Shown: piece after piece, positions 29,483 to 41,362 of the stretch
Layout of the letters: every line of letters begins with the position of its first letter
How positions within the stretch are numbered: position 1 is the first letter of the stretch
From: Thermodesulfovibrionales bacterium
Lineage (GTDB): Bacteria; Nitrospirota; Thermodesulfovibrionia; Thermodesulfovibrionales; CALJEL01
NCBI GenBank assembly: GCA_041082235.1
Contig: JBDOIG010000308.1
Span: 1 to 53,750 of the forward strand
Reading direction: 5' to 3'
Length of the DNA stretch: 53,750 nucleotides
Notes under the pieces: generated by a model
What the model was told of the DNA's origin: nothing
The model's input: the letters and a program-made list of their open reading frames with translations, nothing else
The model's database searches: none
Position numbers and translations under genes: made by a program

Positions 29483-30360
29483 GAACTCCTCTTTAATAAA
29501 TAAAGGGCAATCTCCTTAAGAGGTTCAGCCCCTTTTCCAAGACCTGATATTAATTCAACTGCCTCTTCCACAAGTTCCTTTGCCCTCTTTCTTGACCTCT
29601 CAACTCCATAGAGTCTTGGATAGGTCAATTTCTTTTTCCTCTCATCAGAACCGGTGGGCTTCCCGGTCTTAGAGGGGTCACCTGTCAGGTCAAGGATGTC
29701 ATCTACTATCTGAAAGACCATGCCAATATTACTCCCATACCCTGTAAATAATGATAGGACATTGTCATCACTTTCAGCAAGTATGGGACCAAGCCTTACA
29801 GAGGCTGTTATAAGGGCAGCAGTCTTATGGCTGTGAATAAATTCAAGTGTATCCTTATCAGGCTTAGAATGCTCAGAAAGTATATCCTGTGCCTGGCCTG
29901 CAACCATTCCATAAAGGCCTGCCTTCTGGGCTATGTCCCTTACAGCCCTGAGGAGTGCCTTATCTGAAAGACCTCCTTCATTTGTTGTGAGCATATTAAA
30001 TGCCTCTGTAAGGAGTCCATCTCCAGCGAGTATTGCCATTGCCTCTCCATAGACCCTGTGATTCGTAGGCTTTCCCCTTCTCATGTCATCATTATCCATT
30101 GCTGGAAGGTCATCATGGATAAGGGAATAGGTATGAATCAATTCAAGACTGCTTGCCTGAGGAAGTATCCTTAAAGGATCTTCTCCCAGGGATTCATAGG
30201 ACATGAGGGAAAAGACAGGTCTGATCCTCTTTCCTCCAGCAAATAGACTGTATGTCATTGCTGAGTGAAGAATTTCAGGCATTATCTTTGAACTAAAATA
30301 TCTCTTAAGGTAGGAATCTACAAGCCCCTTTTTTTCTTCTAGGTATCTTTTTATATCCAT
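29479..30360 (-). CDS. ispA: Farnesyl/geranylgeranyl diphosphate synthase
   Basis: GGKRIRP, SLIHDDLPAMDNDDMRRG, FQIVDDILD; ATG 30360 preferred to TTG 30390. Confidence 0.93.
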   Translation of the reverse strand: MDIKRYLEEKKGLVDSYLKRYFSSKIMPEILHSAMTYSLFAGGKRIRPVFSLMSYESLGEDPLRILPQASSLELIHTYSLIHDDLPAMDNDDMRRGKPTNHRVYGEAMAILAGDGLLTEAFNMLTTNEGGLSDKALLRAVRDIAQKAGLYGMVAGQAQDILSEHSKPDKDTLEFIHSHKTAALITASVRLGPILAESDDNVLSLFTGYGSNIGMVFQIVDDILDLTGDPSKTGKPTGSDERKKKLTYPRLYGVERSRKRAKELVEEAVELISGLGKGAEPLKEIALYLLKRSS

Positions 30361-30403
30361 TTTACCTGACTGATAAGAATTTATGGGCAATCATACTCCT
30401 ATT

Positions 30404-30520
30404 CCCGTAAGTTGTCCATAGACAAAAGGGCAGTATGCCTCAAGGCCTTTATTTTTATTTATCCTGTAACAGTAGGTTTTATTTAAGCTTCGTTGTATAT
30501 ATTCTATCGGCATTTTTGAA
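30404..30520 (-). repeat. Internally deleted copy of the palindromic element (copy F)
   Basis: GGGCAGTATGCCTCAAGGCCTTTA and ATTCTATCGGC match both ends of copy E. Confidence 0.7.
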
Positions 30521-33522
<3,002 letters not shown>

Positions 33523-33577
33523 CTAAAACTCCTTTTTTGCTTTAAATTTTAACATGTAGAGGGTTGAGAAGGCAAAC

Positions 33578-34087
33578 TCAGTAGATAATAAACCCTGCTA
33601 TGCCTGCACCAAGGATTATAAAGGTTGGATCAATCTTTGTGAATGAAATAAGGATGAAGGAGATCATAGCAATCATAATGCTATAAAGGTCTATAAAAGA
33701 GGCCCTTCCAAGGGATATGGCTGTTGCCATGAGTAAACCTATAACAGCAGGTTTTATGCCCTTAAAGGCTGCATCCACAAAAGGAGATTTTCTGAAACCC
33801 TGATAATAATAGCTTATTAAGGTGACCACAATAAGGGATGGTAGATAGGAACTTATTGTGGCACCAACAGCGCCTGCAATTCCGAAGAGCTTATAGCCAA
33901 TAAAGGCATTCATAATTGTAAGAGGCCCTGGTGTCATCTGACCCACTGCAATCGCCTCTATGAATTCCTGATGACTGAGCCAGTGGAGTTTCTCAACAAG
34001 CTCTTTTTCAAGGAGGGGTATCATTACATAGCCACCTCCAATGGTAAAGAGATTTATATAAAACAGTATAAAAAAGAATTTAAACAT
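33578..34087 (-). CDS. chrA: Short-chain chromate transporter (CHR family), second subunit
   Basis: FTIGGG and GQMTPGP motifs; paired with the upstream paralog. Confidence 0.88.
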   Translation of the reverse strand: MFKFFFILFYINLFTIGGGYVMIPLLEKELVEKLHWLSHQEFIEAIAVGQMTPGPLTIMNAFIGYKLFGIAGAVGATISSYLPSLIVVTLISYYYQGFRKSPFVDAAFKGIKPAVIGLLMATAISLGRASFIDLYSIMIAMISFILISFTKIDPTFIILGAGIAGFIIY

Positions 34088-34619
34088 GTCTCCTTCCGTA
34101 GAGAATCAAACCAGTCAGTCCACTGAGGACTAACAGGGCAATTGGATTTATTTTTAAGATTGCTAAGATAAATATGGCAAGTCCAATGGCAACAGATGAG
34201 GAGCTATTCAGGATCTTTTTACCGAGTTTATAGATTACACTCAGGAGAAGTCCAATAACAGCTGCACCTATGCCTTTGAGAAAAGCCCTTACGACCTCTA
34301 TCTCACGATATTTAATATAAACATATCCAAGGGCGATTACTATAACTAAAGATGGAAGAACCTGTCCTATAATGGTTACCACTGCTCCTTTGAATTTCCT
34401 GAGGCGATATCCAATAAATATCCCTGTATTTATAATTGGTGCCCCTGGCGTAAGCTGACCTATAGCAACTGCCTCGCTGAATTCCTCTTCATTAAGCCAC
34501 TTATTTTTACGGACAAGTTCTCTTTCAAAAAAGGCAAGCATTGAATAGACACCACCAAATGCAAAGGCACCTATCTTTAAAAAAACAAGGAATATCTTTT
34601 TTAACGAAGGTTCTTTCAT
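34080..34619 (-). CDS. chrA: Short-chain chromate transporter (CHR family), first subunit
   Basis: GAFAFGG and GQLTPGA motifs. Confidence 0.88.
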   Translation of the reverse strand: MKEPSLKKIFLVFLKIGAFAFGGVYSMLAFFERELVRKNKWLNEEEFSEAVAIGQLTPGAPIINTGIFIGYRLRKFKGAVVTIIGQVLPSLVIVIALGYVYIKYREIEVVRAFLKGIGAAVIGLLLSVIYKLGKKILNSSSSVAIGLAIFILAILKINPIALLVLSGLTGLILYGRRHV

Positions 34620-35776
34620 TTCAATCTTTTTTTAAATCTTTCAAGCTCCCTCAGTCCATCCTCTCTTGTCCTTATCTTACCAGAAAATTGAAGTGCCCAT
34701 AGTTTTTTTAAAATAGACCCTATGTGTCTGGATTTTATATCACTGTTTTTTACAATATCAAGACCTCTTATAAGGGGTGTTTTCATCACCTCTTTAAATC
34801 TTTGAGCCTCCCTGAGCAATCTCCTGCTTGAGAGCAAAAATCCAGGACCCTCTGGAAAGTCCCTTATATCATAAAGGAGCTCAAATAGTCTCTCTTTGTT
34901 TTGAAGGATTCCAGGCTTATACACACTCATAACCTTATGAAGGGCCTCAAGAAGCCTCTGATTTTTTTTGCTGAGTTTTATAAGCCAGGCCTTTTTTTTA
35001 TAGCTCAGGCATACAAGCCTTAAAAATCCAAGGTCAGAAAGCCCCTGGGAAGAAATAAGGTGAGGCATATAATCTTGCTTTTTTTTATAAAAATTATTAA
35101 GTCTTTTATAAAATTTAAAGTTGTTTATAATATCTGTTTCGCTAACACCCAGAATTAACTGCAAAATTTTATCTTTAATGGCCATCCTTAAGTATTTATT
35201 AGGCTGTTCCAGATTCAGAAGCTTTATTAATTCTGCTGTGAGCCTTTCCTTTGCAGGAACCCTGAGCATAAATCTCAGTTCTGAGAGGACTTTTCTTGTA
35301 GAGGAATCAATAGAGCCATTAATCTGAGCAGCCAGCCTGTAAGCCCTGATAATCCTGATGGGGTCAGAACGAATATTATCCCTGGAAATAACTCTAATAA
35401 CCCTCCTTTTGATATCCCTTAATCCTCCGTACAGATCTATAATTCCCTCTTCAGGAGACCAGGCAAGACTGTTAATTATAAAATCTCTCCTGCTGAGGTC
35501 CCTCTCTAATGACTCATCTGTAAAGGTAATATCTACTTCATGATCTTTAAGAACAAATCTTGCCATATTTTTCAAAATAAAAAAACTTCCTCCAAGACTC
35601 TTTGACAGTCTTTTAATTTTTTCATAATCAGGTTTTCCTGTAACAACATAATCCCTGTCGTTTGAGCTCCTGCCAAGAATGAGATCTCTTATATACCCAC
35701 CAACAAGAAAGGCAGATGGAAATTCTTTTCTGACAAGATGTGTGATAGAATCTTTTTTGAGTATTGATGGCTGCAA
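34616..35776 (-). CDS. Class II tRNA nucleotidyltransferase, probably CC-adding
   Basis: LVGGYIRD, DRD, DLSRRDF, DPIRIIRAYR; the ORF-track start (35857) lies inside repeat copy C, so TTG 35776 is preferred. Confidence 0.85.
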   Translation of the reverse strand: MQPSILKKDSITHLVRKEFPSAFLVGGYIRDLILGRSSNDRDYVVTGKPDYEKIKRLSKSLGGSFFILKNMARFVLKDHEVDITFTDESLERDLSRRDFIINSLAWSPEEGIIDLYGGLRDIKRRVIRVISRDNIRSDPIRIIRAYRLAAQINGSIDSSTRKVLSELRFMLRVPAKERLTAELIKLLNLEQPNKYLRMAIKDKILQLILGVSETDIINNFKFYKRLNNFYKKKQDYMPHLISSQGLSDLGFLRLVCLSYKKKAWLIKLSKKNQRLLEALHKVMSVYKPGILQNKERLFELLYDIRDFPEGPGFLLSSRRLLREAQRFKEVMKTPLIRGLDIVKNSDIKSRHIGSILKKLWALQFSGKIRTREDGLRELERFKKRLK

Positions 35777-35975
35777 TCTGCCACAAGGAATAGGGGGATA
35801 TGATGAAAGGCCTTTATCGCGACACTTTAATATAGGCCTTTTAATTAATATCGTCAAATATAACCTCCTTCGCTATTTGGTGATAGACCTTTCGTTACAT
35901 AATAAATTTGGTCGCTTTATAAAGGCGTGGCATACCCCATATTCAAAGCCTGTTGCTAACGGTAACCTTAAGTGC
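35775..35975 (+). repeat. Short form of the nested palindromic element (copy C)
   Basis: Core 35788-35944: GAATAGGGG...CCTTTATCGCGAC...GTCGCTTTATAAAGG...CATACCCCATATTC; colinear with copy D. Confidence 0.85.
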
Positions 35976-36022
35976 TGTTATTTGTTTTGGCCTCCTTACA
36001 GGAAGTCCTAACATTTGAGGCT

Positions 36023-36466
36023 TCATAATGTGCTTGCCACTATCCTGGGTATCTCCTCTGCTACAAGATGACATTCAAAAAAGGCTGACCTGACCTTATC
36101 CTGAACCATGTTTTTTGCCATTACGCAGAGTTTTCTCAGTATCTTGAATCTCTTACTATAATAAAGCCAGTGAAAAAAGGTAAGGGGATCTCTGTCAGCC
36201 ACATCTTTTAATTCTTTCTCCTCAAGTCCTGCCCTAATAAGAATACTTTTAATCAGAGAACTGGAGGGATTTTCACTCCATAAGATTACATTAAACAGGC
36301 CTGACCAGTTTAGACATAGATGAATCTTTGTTGTGTCTGAGGCTGGGATATTAAGGATTTCTTTTATTATATCAGATGATACAATATAAGAATTATCAGG
36401 AAGCTTAAAGAGCTCCTTATGGGCTATCCTGGTTACTTCATTCTGGCAGAGGGCTATCTCCTGCAA
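36023..36466 (-). CDS. Hypothetical protein (possible remote similarity to the CbiD C-terminal half)
   Basis: 147-aa ORF starting 2 nt after the rlmD stop, TTG start with SD AGAGG. Confidence 0.7.
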   Translation of the reverse strand: MQEIALCQNEVTRIAHKELFKLPDNSYIVSSDIIKEILNIPASDTTKIHLCLNWSGLFNVILWSENPSSSLIKSILIRAGLEEKELKDVADRDPLTFFHWLYYSKRFKILRKLCVMAKNMVQDKVRSAFFECHLVAEEIPRIVASTL

Positions 36467-36468
36467 GT

Positions 36469-37671
36469 TTAACCTCTTTTTTTAATAATTGCCAGGGTCT
36501 CAATGTGATAGGTATTCGGGAAGAAGTCAAATATCTCTATGCCCTGAACCTCATATCTATCAGATAGTTTCTTTATATCTCTTGCAAGGGTTGCTGGATT
36601 GCATGATACATAAAAAATCCATTCAGGTTCTGCCTCAATTACCCTCTTAAGGGCCCTGTCTGTCATGCCTGGCCGTGGCGGATCAATGATAATGATATCA
36701 TTACGCCCTGATGGTCTAAATTTTTCTATGGGGGAGTTTATGGCCTTACAATTTTTAATTTCATTTAATTCAATATTTCTCTTAAGGTCATTAAAGGCAA
36801 AGGAATTTTCCTCAACAGCCGTTATCTCTTTAACCTTTTTTGAAAGAGGGATAGAAAAGTTCCCTGCACCTGCATAAAGATCCAGGAGCTTGATATTGCT
36901 GTCATATATTAATTCAGAAATTCTCTTAATCAGGATCTCATTAAGCTCCCAGTTTGTCTGGAAAAAACTCCTTGAAGACACAGTATAGGAAAGACCATCA
37001 AGACTGAGATTTATATACTCAGACCCAAAAACTTTATTTTCAAATGTGATACCTGAAATCTCCGGCGAAAGGAGTTTTATAATATCCTCATTATAATTAA
37101 TTCCCTTCAGATAAACAAGGGCCTCTCTTGCATTGCTTGATACATGAATCTCTTTTAAAGACCTGAAATGAGAAAGTCCCTGTAAAACAGGAAATAATGA
37201 ATTAATCCGGTCAATCATAAGTGGACAGGACTGAAGGGGTATAAGTTCCCTGCTTGCCTCTTTATAAAAGCCGATGCCTGTCCTGTCAATCTTAAACTGT
37301 GCCCTGTATCTATAATTGTAGGGTCTTAAGGCTCTCATCGGTATTATTTCAAACTCAAGCCTGGATATCCTCTTAAGGATGTCCTTCAGCACCTCTGCCT
37401 TAATATTAAGCTGGTAATCATAATCAGCGTGCTGGAGCTGGCAGCCACCGCAAAGACCATAAACATCACAGAGTGGTTTTATCCTCCACTGTGAGGACTC
37501 AACTACCTCCAAAACCCTTGCAATGGAATAATCCTTTTTCTTTTCCTCTATTTTTATATCAACGATTTCATCAGGAAGGGCACCCTTAACAAAGATAACA
37601 CCCTCCCCTTCCTGTCTTGTAAGGGTATAACCACCATAAACAGGAACACCTGCCTTTATTCTTATAAGCAT
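36469..37671 (-). CDS. rlmD: 23S rRNA (uracil-C5)-methyltransferase, RlmD/TrmA family
   Basis: TRAM domain, CxxxxxCGGC, SFFQ, DLYAGAG, DPPR, YVSCNP. Confidence 0.9.
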   Translation of the reverse strand: MLIRIKAGVPVYGGYTLTRQEGEGVIFVKGALPDEIVDIKIEEKKKDYSIARVLEVVESSQWRIKPLCDVYGLCGGCQLQHADYDYQLNIKAEVLKDILKRISRLEFEIIPMRALRPYNYRYRAQFKIDRTGIGFYKEASRELIPLQSCPLMIDRINSLFPVLQGLSHFRSLKEIHVSSNAREALVYLKGINYNEDIIKLLSPEISGITFENKVFGSEYINLSLDGLSYTVSSRSFFQTNWELNEILIKRISELIYDSNIKLLDLYAGAGNFSIPLSKKVKEITAVEENSFAFNDLKRNIELNEIKNCKAINSPIEKFRPSGRNDIIIIDPPRPGMTDRALKRVIEAEPEWIFYVSCNPATLARDIKKLSDRYEVQGIEIFDFFPNTYHIETLAIIKKRG

Positions 37672-37764
37672 GGATTATTTTAACATAGGAGAAGATTTAA
37701 GAATTAGGCTTACTGATCTACCAATAGAGATTGTGATAAACCTTAAAATGAGAGGATTTCAAGG

Positions 37765-39021
37765 TTAGACTCTTTCAATTATGACAGCAGAATTCTGACC
37801 ATAAGGGTCTGAAGAAAGGACAAGGACTCTATTGACCTTTAAGGCCCTCGCCTTGTGGGGAACATAATCAAGGTCACAGAGTGGGTCTTTTACCTGATAA
37901 TTTATGGTTGGCGGGATAAAATCCTCTGCAATAGCACCAACTGCCGCAAGAAGATTAAAGGAACCAGAGGCTGAAAAGGTCTCACCAAGCATTGATTTTA
38001 CAGAACTTATTGGAATCTTATAGGCATAGTCTTTAAAGACATTCTTTATTGCCTCTGTCTCCAACCTGTCAAGACCAGGTGTGGAATTAGCAGTGCCACA
38101 GATATAATCAATATCCTGTGGCTCAAGGGAGGCATCCCTCAGGGCCTCTCTTATTGCAAGCTCAAGTCCTCTGCTCATTTTATCAAACCCTATATCTCCT
38201 TCTGGCTCAAAGGCATTTCCATATCCAGCAATCCTTGCCAGTATATTGGCTCCTCTTTTCAGGGCATGGTCTCTTGATTCAAGCACAAGTACCGCAGCTC
38301 CCTCTGAAAATATAAAACCATCTCTCCGTTTATCATATGGACAGGAGAGGGGCTCTGAACCGTCATAACCAGAAAGATATTCAAGTGTATGAAAACATAA
38401 AAAGGTCTCCTCACAGAGCTCCTCCACACCTCCTGCAAGAACTATCTCGGCCCTGTTGAGCTTAATAAAATCAGAGGCATAGATGATTGAATCAAGACCT
38501 GCACAGAAACCCGTGGAGATTGTTGTATTAAATCCTTTAATCTTTAATAAGATGGAGACTCTGCTAGCAGGAGAATTAATAACAGTGTTGGGGAAATGAG
38601 AGGGGTTAACAAATCTCGGGCCCTCCCTCAGACCTGTCATATCAAACTGGGATATGCTGTGCAGGCTGCCAAAAGTTGATCCTATGCTTACACCGGTATC
38701 ATTTGTATTATCATCAGTAATAGTGATCCCTGCATCTTCAATAGCAAGCCTTGCAGCAGAACAGACAAGGAGTGTGCTTCTGTCAAGGTCTCTTATCTTC
38801 CTCTTTTCAAGATAATTCAATGGATTGAAATCCTTAATCTCTCCTGCTATATGGACATTAAATTTTGATGAATCAAAGAGGGTTATTTCAGAAAAACCCT
38901 CTCTCCCATCCTTTAGAGCATCCCAGAATATCTTCCTGCCTGCACCAAGAGGTGAGATAACACCTGCACCTGTTATTACCACATCTCTTAATTTATCCAA
39001 GAAGCCCGAGACCTCCATCAA
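37765..39021 (-). CDS. FabF-like ketosynthase homolog with a degenerate active site (chain-length-factor-like); start may be TTG 39000
   Basis: VVITGAGVISPLG, EGAAVLVLE and PPTINY give the fold; catalytic motifs read TGFCAG, CGTANST and LGETF. Confidence 0.85.
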   Translation of the reverse strand: MMEVSGFLDKLRDVVITGAGVISPLGAGRKIFWDALKDGREGFSEITLFDSSKFNVHIAGEIKDFNPLNYLEKRKIRDLDRSTLLVCSAARLAIEDAGITITDDNTNDTGVSIGSTFGSLHSISQFDMTGLREGPRFVNPSHFPNTVINSPASRVSILLKIKGFNTTISTGFCAGLDSIIYASDFIKLNRAEIVLAGGVEELCEETFLCFHTLEYLSGYDGSEPLSCPYDKRRDGFIFSEGAAVLVLESRDHALKRGANILARIAGYGNAFEPEGDIGFDKMSRGLELAIREALRDASLEPQDIDYICGTANSTPGLDRLETEAIKNVFKDYAYKIPISSVKSMLGETFSASGSFNLLAAVGAIAEDFIPPTINYQVKDPLCDLDYVPHKARALKVNRVLVLSSDPYGQNSAVIIERV

Positions 39022-39742
39022 TCTGTATCGTCTGACCGGTTATGTATTGTGACTCATCACTTACAAGAAATAAGACTATCCTTGCAACCTCTTCAGAGGT
39101 GCCAAATCTCCTGAAAGGAATCATTTCAATGAGTTTTTCTCGCATCCTGGCTTGTATCTTTTCTGTCATCTCGGTATCAATAAATCCAGGGGCAACAGCA
39201 TTTACCCTTATATTATAAGGACCAACTTCCCTTGCCAGGGCCTTTGTAAATCCTATAATCCCGGCCTTTGAAGAGGCATAATTGACCTGTCCCGGCATGG
39301 GATGTATCCCGCTTACTGAGGAAAGATTGACTATATTTCCGCTCTGTTGTTTTAAAAAAGAGATTATAGATGCACGTGTAATATTAAATACACCTGTCAG
39401 ATTTATCTCTATCACATCCCGCCATTCCTCAGGGCTCATGAACATAAAGGCCCTATCGCGTGTAATTCCAGCATTATTGATAAGGATATCATATCTTCCG
39501 ATCTCCTTTGCCTGTTCCACAAGGAGCCTGGCCTTCTCATAATCCCTGACATCAGCCATTACAGGGATTGCAAGACCACCTTCAGCCTTTATCTCATCAG
39601 AAAGTGCCTGTGCAGATGATACATTGGAAAGATAGGTAAATATGCATTGTGCGCCCTTGCGGCAAAGTTCCTTAACTATTGCACGACCAATACCCCTGCT
39701 GCCACCGGTAATGATAGCAACCCTACCTGAAAATATGCCCAT
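38993..39742 (-). CDS. fabG: 3-oxoacyl-ACP reductase (SDR)
   Basis: TGGSRGIG, NNAGITRD, YASSK, VAPGFIDT. Confidence 0.88.
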   Translation of the reverse strand: MGIFSGRVAIITGGSRGIGRAIVKELCRKGAQCIFTYLSNVSSAQALSDEIKAEGGLAIPVMADVRDYEKARLLVEQAKEIGRYDILINNAGITRDRAFMFMSPEEWRDVIEINLTGVFNITRASIISFLKQQSGNIVNLSSVSGIHPMPGQVNYASSKAGIIGFTKALAREVGPYNIRVNAVAPGFIDTEMTEKIQARMREKLIEMIPFRRFGTSEEVARIVLFLVSDESQYITGQTIQIDGGLGLLG

Positions 39743-39747
39743 GGGCT

Positions 39748-40797
39748 TTACTTATCTTTGTGGATCATATAAAAGACTACGATCCCGGTAGGCTCCCTTT
39801 TTTCAGTAATTGCTGAAGGAGAGATGCCTGCTGCTTGAAATATCCTGTAAAAATCTTTTGGATTTCTCTGTAGAAAGCCATCCCAGTCCACAATCCAGTG
39901 ATAAGGTCTGTGGTCATATCTGTCAGCATCCTTGAATGCTACAATCATCACTCCTCCAGGTTTCAGGATATTATAAAGGGACCTGAACATCCTCACCAGA
40001 AAGTCTGATGGAAGATAATCAAAAAATCCCACGCTGTAAATAATATCCTGCCCCTTAAATTCACTCATGCTGGAGTCCACATCAAACATCCGTACAGCAT
40101 TGTATTTGAAGAACTTCACATAATCATCAAGACCTAAGGTGGAGAGTCTTTTCATGGAAAATCGTAAGGCATCTTCATCATTGTCAATACAGGTTACATC
40201 AGCATTATAATCCATTATATCCACAGCCAGACCCATGAGTTCCCTGCAGGAACCACAGGCTATATTCAACATGGATGCACCCTTTCTATTTTTAAGCTCT
40301 TCCCTGAGCAGCTCCTCCAGCATCTTTATCCTGTTTCTTACAGCCCTTCCAAGGGGTGAATTCAGGATATAGACATCAAAATAAAAACCTATACCAATGG
40401 AGAGGGGCATATTTTTGTAGCAGTTTTCCATTGTTATGTAGTCACCCTGATAACCTTGAGGCCATGTCCTTGCCCTGTTAAAATAATAGGATTTTGAAAA
40501 TATGGGGGTCTTGTCCCTGAAGATAATCTGGGCACATTTTATAATCTTTCTGTCTCTAACACCATCCTCAAAGGCCTTAAAAAAGGGTATTACGCTCTCA
40601 ATGGTTTCTGAGATTTCTCTGAAGAGTCCTTCATGGTAGTGCTGGCCAACACAGTATCTCTCAAGCTCATAAAGTTTCTTGTTTAGCCCTGCGATGGTGT
40701 CAGATAATAAAGTAGCCCATCTGCTGTTTTCTTCTCCGGGAAAGATTAAACCCTTTGCGGTGAGATGACCGGAACCCTCAAATTCCCTGTAACTCAT
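39748..40797 (-). CDS. Class I SAM-dependent methyltransferase, PhcB-like
   Basis: LNIACGSCRE SAM motif, WPQGYQGDY, YSVGFFDYL, LKPGG; SD AGGAGG. Confidence 0.8.
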   Translation of the reverse strand: MSYREFEGSGHLTAKGLIFPGEENSRWATLLSDTIAGLNKKLYELERYCVGQHYHEGLFREISETIESVIPFFKAFEDGVRDRKIIKCAQIIFRDKTPIFSKSYYFNRARTWPQGYQGDYITMENCYKNMPLSIGIGFYFDVYILNSPLGRAVRNRIKMLEELLREELKNRKGASMLNIACGSCRELMGLAVDIMDYNADVTCIDNDEDALRFSMKRLSTLGLDDYVKFFKYNAVRMFDVDSSMSEFKGQDIIYSVGFFDYLPSDFLVRMFRSLYNILKPGGVMIVAFKDADRYDHRPYHWIVDWDGFLQRNPKDFYRIFQAAGISPSAITEKREPTGIVVFYMIHKDK

Positions 40798-40904
40798 GGT
40801 ACCCTCCTAAATTTTTTTATTTTAAACTTATGGCATAACGCCCCCTCTTATTTTCCCTGACTGTTTATGTAAAAACCTTTCTTTTCTAACCCCCTTTGAA
40901 ATAA

Positions 40905-40933
40905 ATTTTAAATAAAAAAAATTCTCTTGTCAA
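40905..40933 (-). promoter_or_regulatory. Sigma-70 promoter of the methyltransferase-fabG-fabF-like operon
   Basis: Minus strand TTGACA (40933-40928), 17-nt spacer, TAAAAT (40910-40905). Confidence 0.7.
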
Positions 40934-40950
40934 GAAAATTCTTCGTCCCC

Positions 40951-41165
40951 AATCTGCATAGGGACGGGGGTGCATGCCGAAAAGCCTTTATCGCGACACC
41001 TTAGTGTAAGATTTTTAATCAACATTACCAAACATAACCTCCTTCACCCTTTGGTGATAAACTCCTTGCTACATGATAAATAAAATTTTGTCGCATTATA
41101 AAGGCTTTGAGACATGCACTGCTATTCCTTATATATTTCTATCAGCGAGTTCAGGTTCGCCCTAA
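40951..41165 (+). repeat. Short form of the nested palindromic element (copy D)
   Basis: GTGCATG..AAAGCCTTTAT..GCGACA ... TGTCGC..ATAAAGGCTTT..CATGCAC; core matches 8185-8240. Confidence 0.87.
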
Positions 41166-41362
41166 ACAGGTTCAAACACTATGCCCTTTATCTTTCTCAT
41201 GTGAATTTAATCCCTCTATCATTAAAATAAAGACTTTACCCTATCTCCTTTGAACTCACTATGAAGTATTAAAAATTTTATCTAACTTTTATTGAAGGCT
41301 ATTTTATATAAAGCAGGAATAAGAGAAAAAGAGAGAAAGAAGTCATATACTCCTGATTGTGA

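Noticed and set aside
35679..36011. 110-aa plus-strand ORF crossing repeat copy C
   Set aside because: Antisense to the nucleotidyltransferase; the frame is not evidently preserved in other repeat copies and has no transposase motifs
41163..41201. 12-codon minus-strand ORF MRKIKGIVFEPV ending at repeat copy D
   Set aside because: Too short to support; could be a gene stub but there is no evidence
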